Origin: Heptranchias perlo
Taxonomy: Eukaryota
Assembly (NCBI RefSeq): GCF_035084215.1
Contig: NW_027138451.1
Coordinates: 186,001 to 250,000 of the forward strand
DNA: 64,000 nt
Direction: 5' to 3'
This document shows positions 63,630 to 64,000 of this stretch, piece after piece (positions within the stretch are counted from its first letter, which is position 1; the number at the start of each line of letters is the position of its first letter). Below the pieces are notes generated by a model. The model had not been told where the DNA came from. It saw nothing but the letters and a program-made list of their open reading frames with translations, and did not search any database. A program made the translations under genes and the position numbers.

Positions 63630-63723
63630 GGACGGTGCTCAGATACACACGGTTACACAGCACAGTCGGTGTTGAGGTCTGGAGTTGGCCCTGTTTAAAG
63701 TGTTCACTGCTGGTGAAGAAACA

Positions 63724-64000
63724 ATGAATATTTTCTGGGTTTCGGTCCTTTTAGCCTCGTTACCGAGTAAGTGCATTTTATTAAAGAGATTAAATATTCC
63801 TTTAATAAAACTGTGTGGCTGCCTCCAAATTGTGGAAATTTCCTTGCTTTTAACTCTTGTATTGTTTCAGAGACGCGATGTATAAAATATATTTTTCTCC
63901 ATTCAGATGCCTTCAGTGGAAGAGTAGTCCAAACACCGACAACGGCAACGAAAGAGGCAGGCGAGTGGCTGACCATCAACTGCGTCTTAACTGATTCTGG
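63724..64000 (+). CDS. IgNAR-type variable (VNAR) gene segment, partial: leader exon 63724-63766, 140-nt intron, V exon from 63907 running off the window
   Basis: Spliced translation MNIFWVSVLLASLPNAFS-GRVVQTPTTATKEAGEWLTINCVLTDS matches the IgNAR pattern MNIFLLSVLLALLP..FT-ARVDQTP...KE.GESLTINCVL. Donor A|gtaagt, acceptor ttctccattcag, phase-1 split leader, first canonical Cys present. Confidence 0.92.

Noticed and set aside
63661-63667. cacagtc near the V gene as an RSS heptamer
   Set aside because: It lies upstream of the leader, in the presumed 5' UTR, with no nonamer at 12/23 spacing; the V RSS should lie beyond the window.
63685-63885. 66-aa ORF overlapping the VNAR leader
   Set aside because: It starts at a non-ATG codon and reads into the intron; the real start is ATG 63724 with a splice after 63766.
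1-64000. Species assignment
   Set aside because: Shark origin is well supported, but the species cannot be determined without a database search.

Overview
This is eukaryotic DNA from a cartilaginous fish, almost certainly a shark; the evidence is an IgNAR-type V gene plus shark-type CR1, DeuSINE and Penelope repeats. Most of the window is nested, decayed retroelements: CR1 LINEs, a second CR1/L2-group LINE family ('family B'), L2 and SINE remnants, and Penelope-like elements. Host genes: (1) an intact two-exon GPR139-like class A GPCR (15225-15294 + 17570-18507, 335 aa); (2) two paralogous C2H2 zinc-finger pseudogenes (~28.4-29.1 kb and ~36.5-37.1 kb) embedded among several G-rich minisatellites; (3) at the right edge, the promoter, leader exon and start of the V exon of an IgNAR-type (VNAR) gene, with a heavy-chain-orientation octamer and a TATA-like box. 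Structural highlights: two Penelope insertions with target-site duplications and inverted arms that carry minimal hammerhead ribozymes on both strands (one is a ~200-bp near-perfect palindrome); a probable local inversion that split one CR1 into oppositely oriented halves; and a small tandem repeat of CTCF-like sites. There are no prokaryotic systems, CRISPR arrays, rRNA or recognisable tRNA genes. I found no clearly new biological system. Repeat family names come from recognised motifs, not database searches, and repeat boundaries are approximate.
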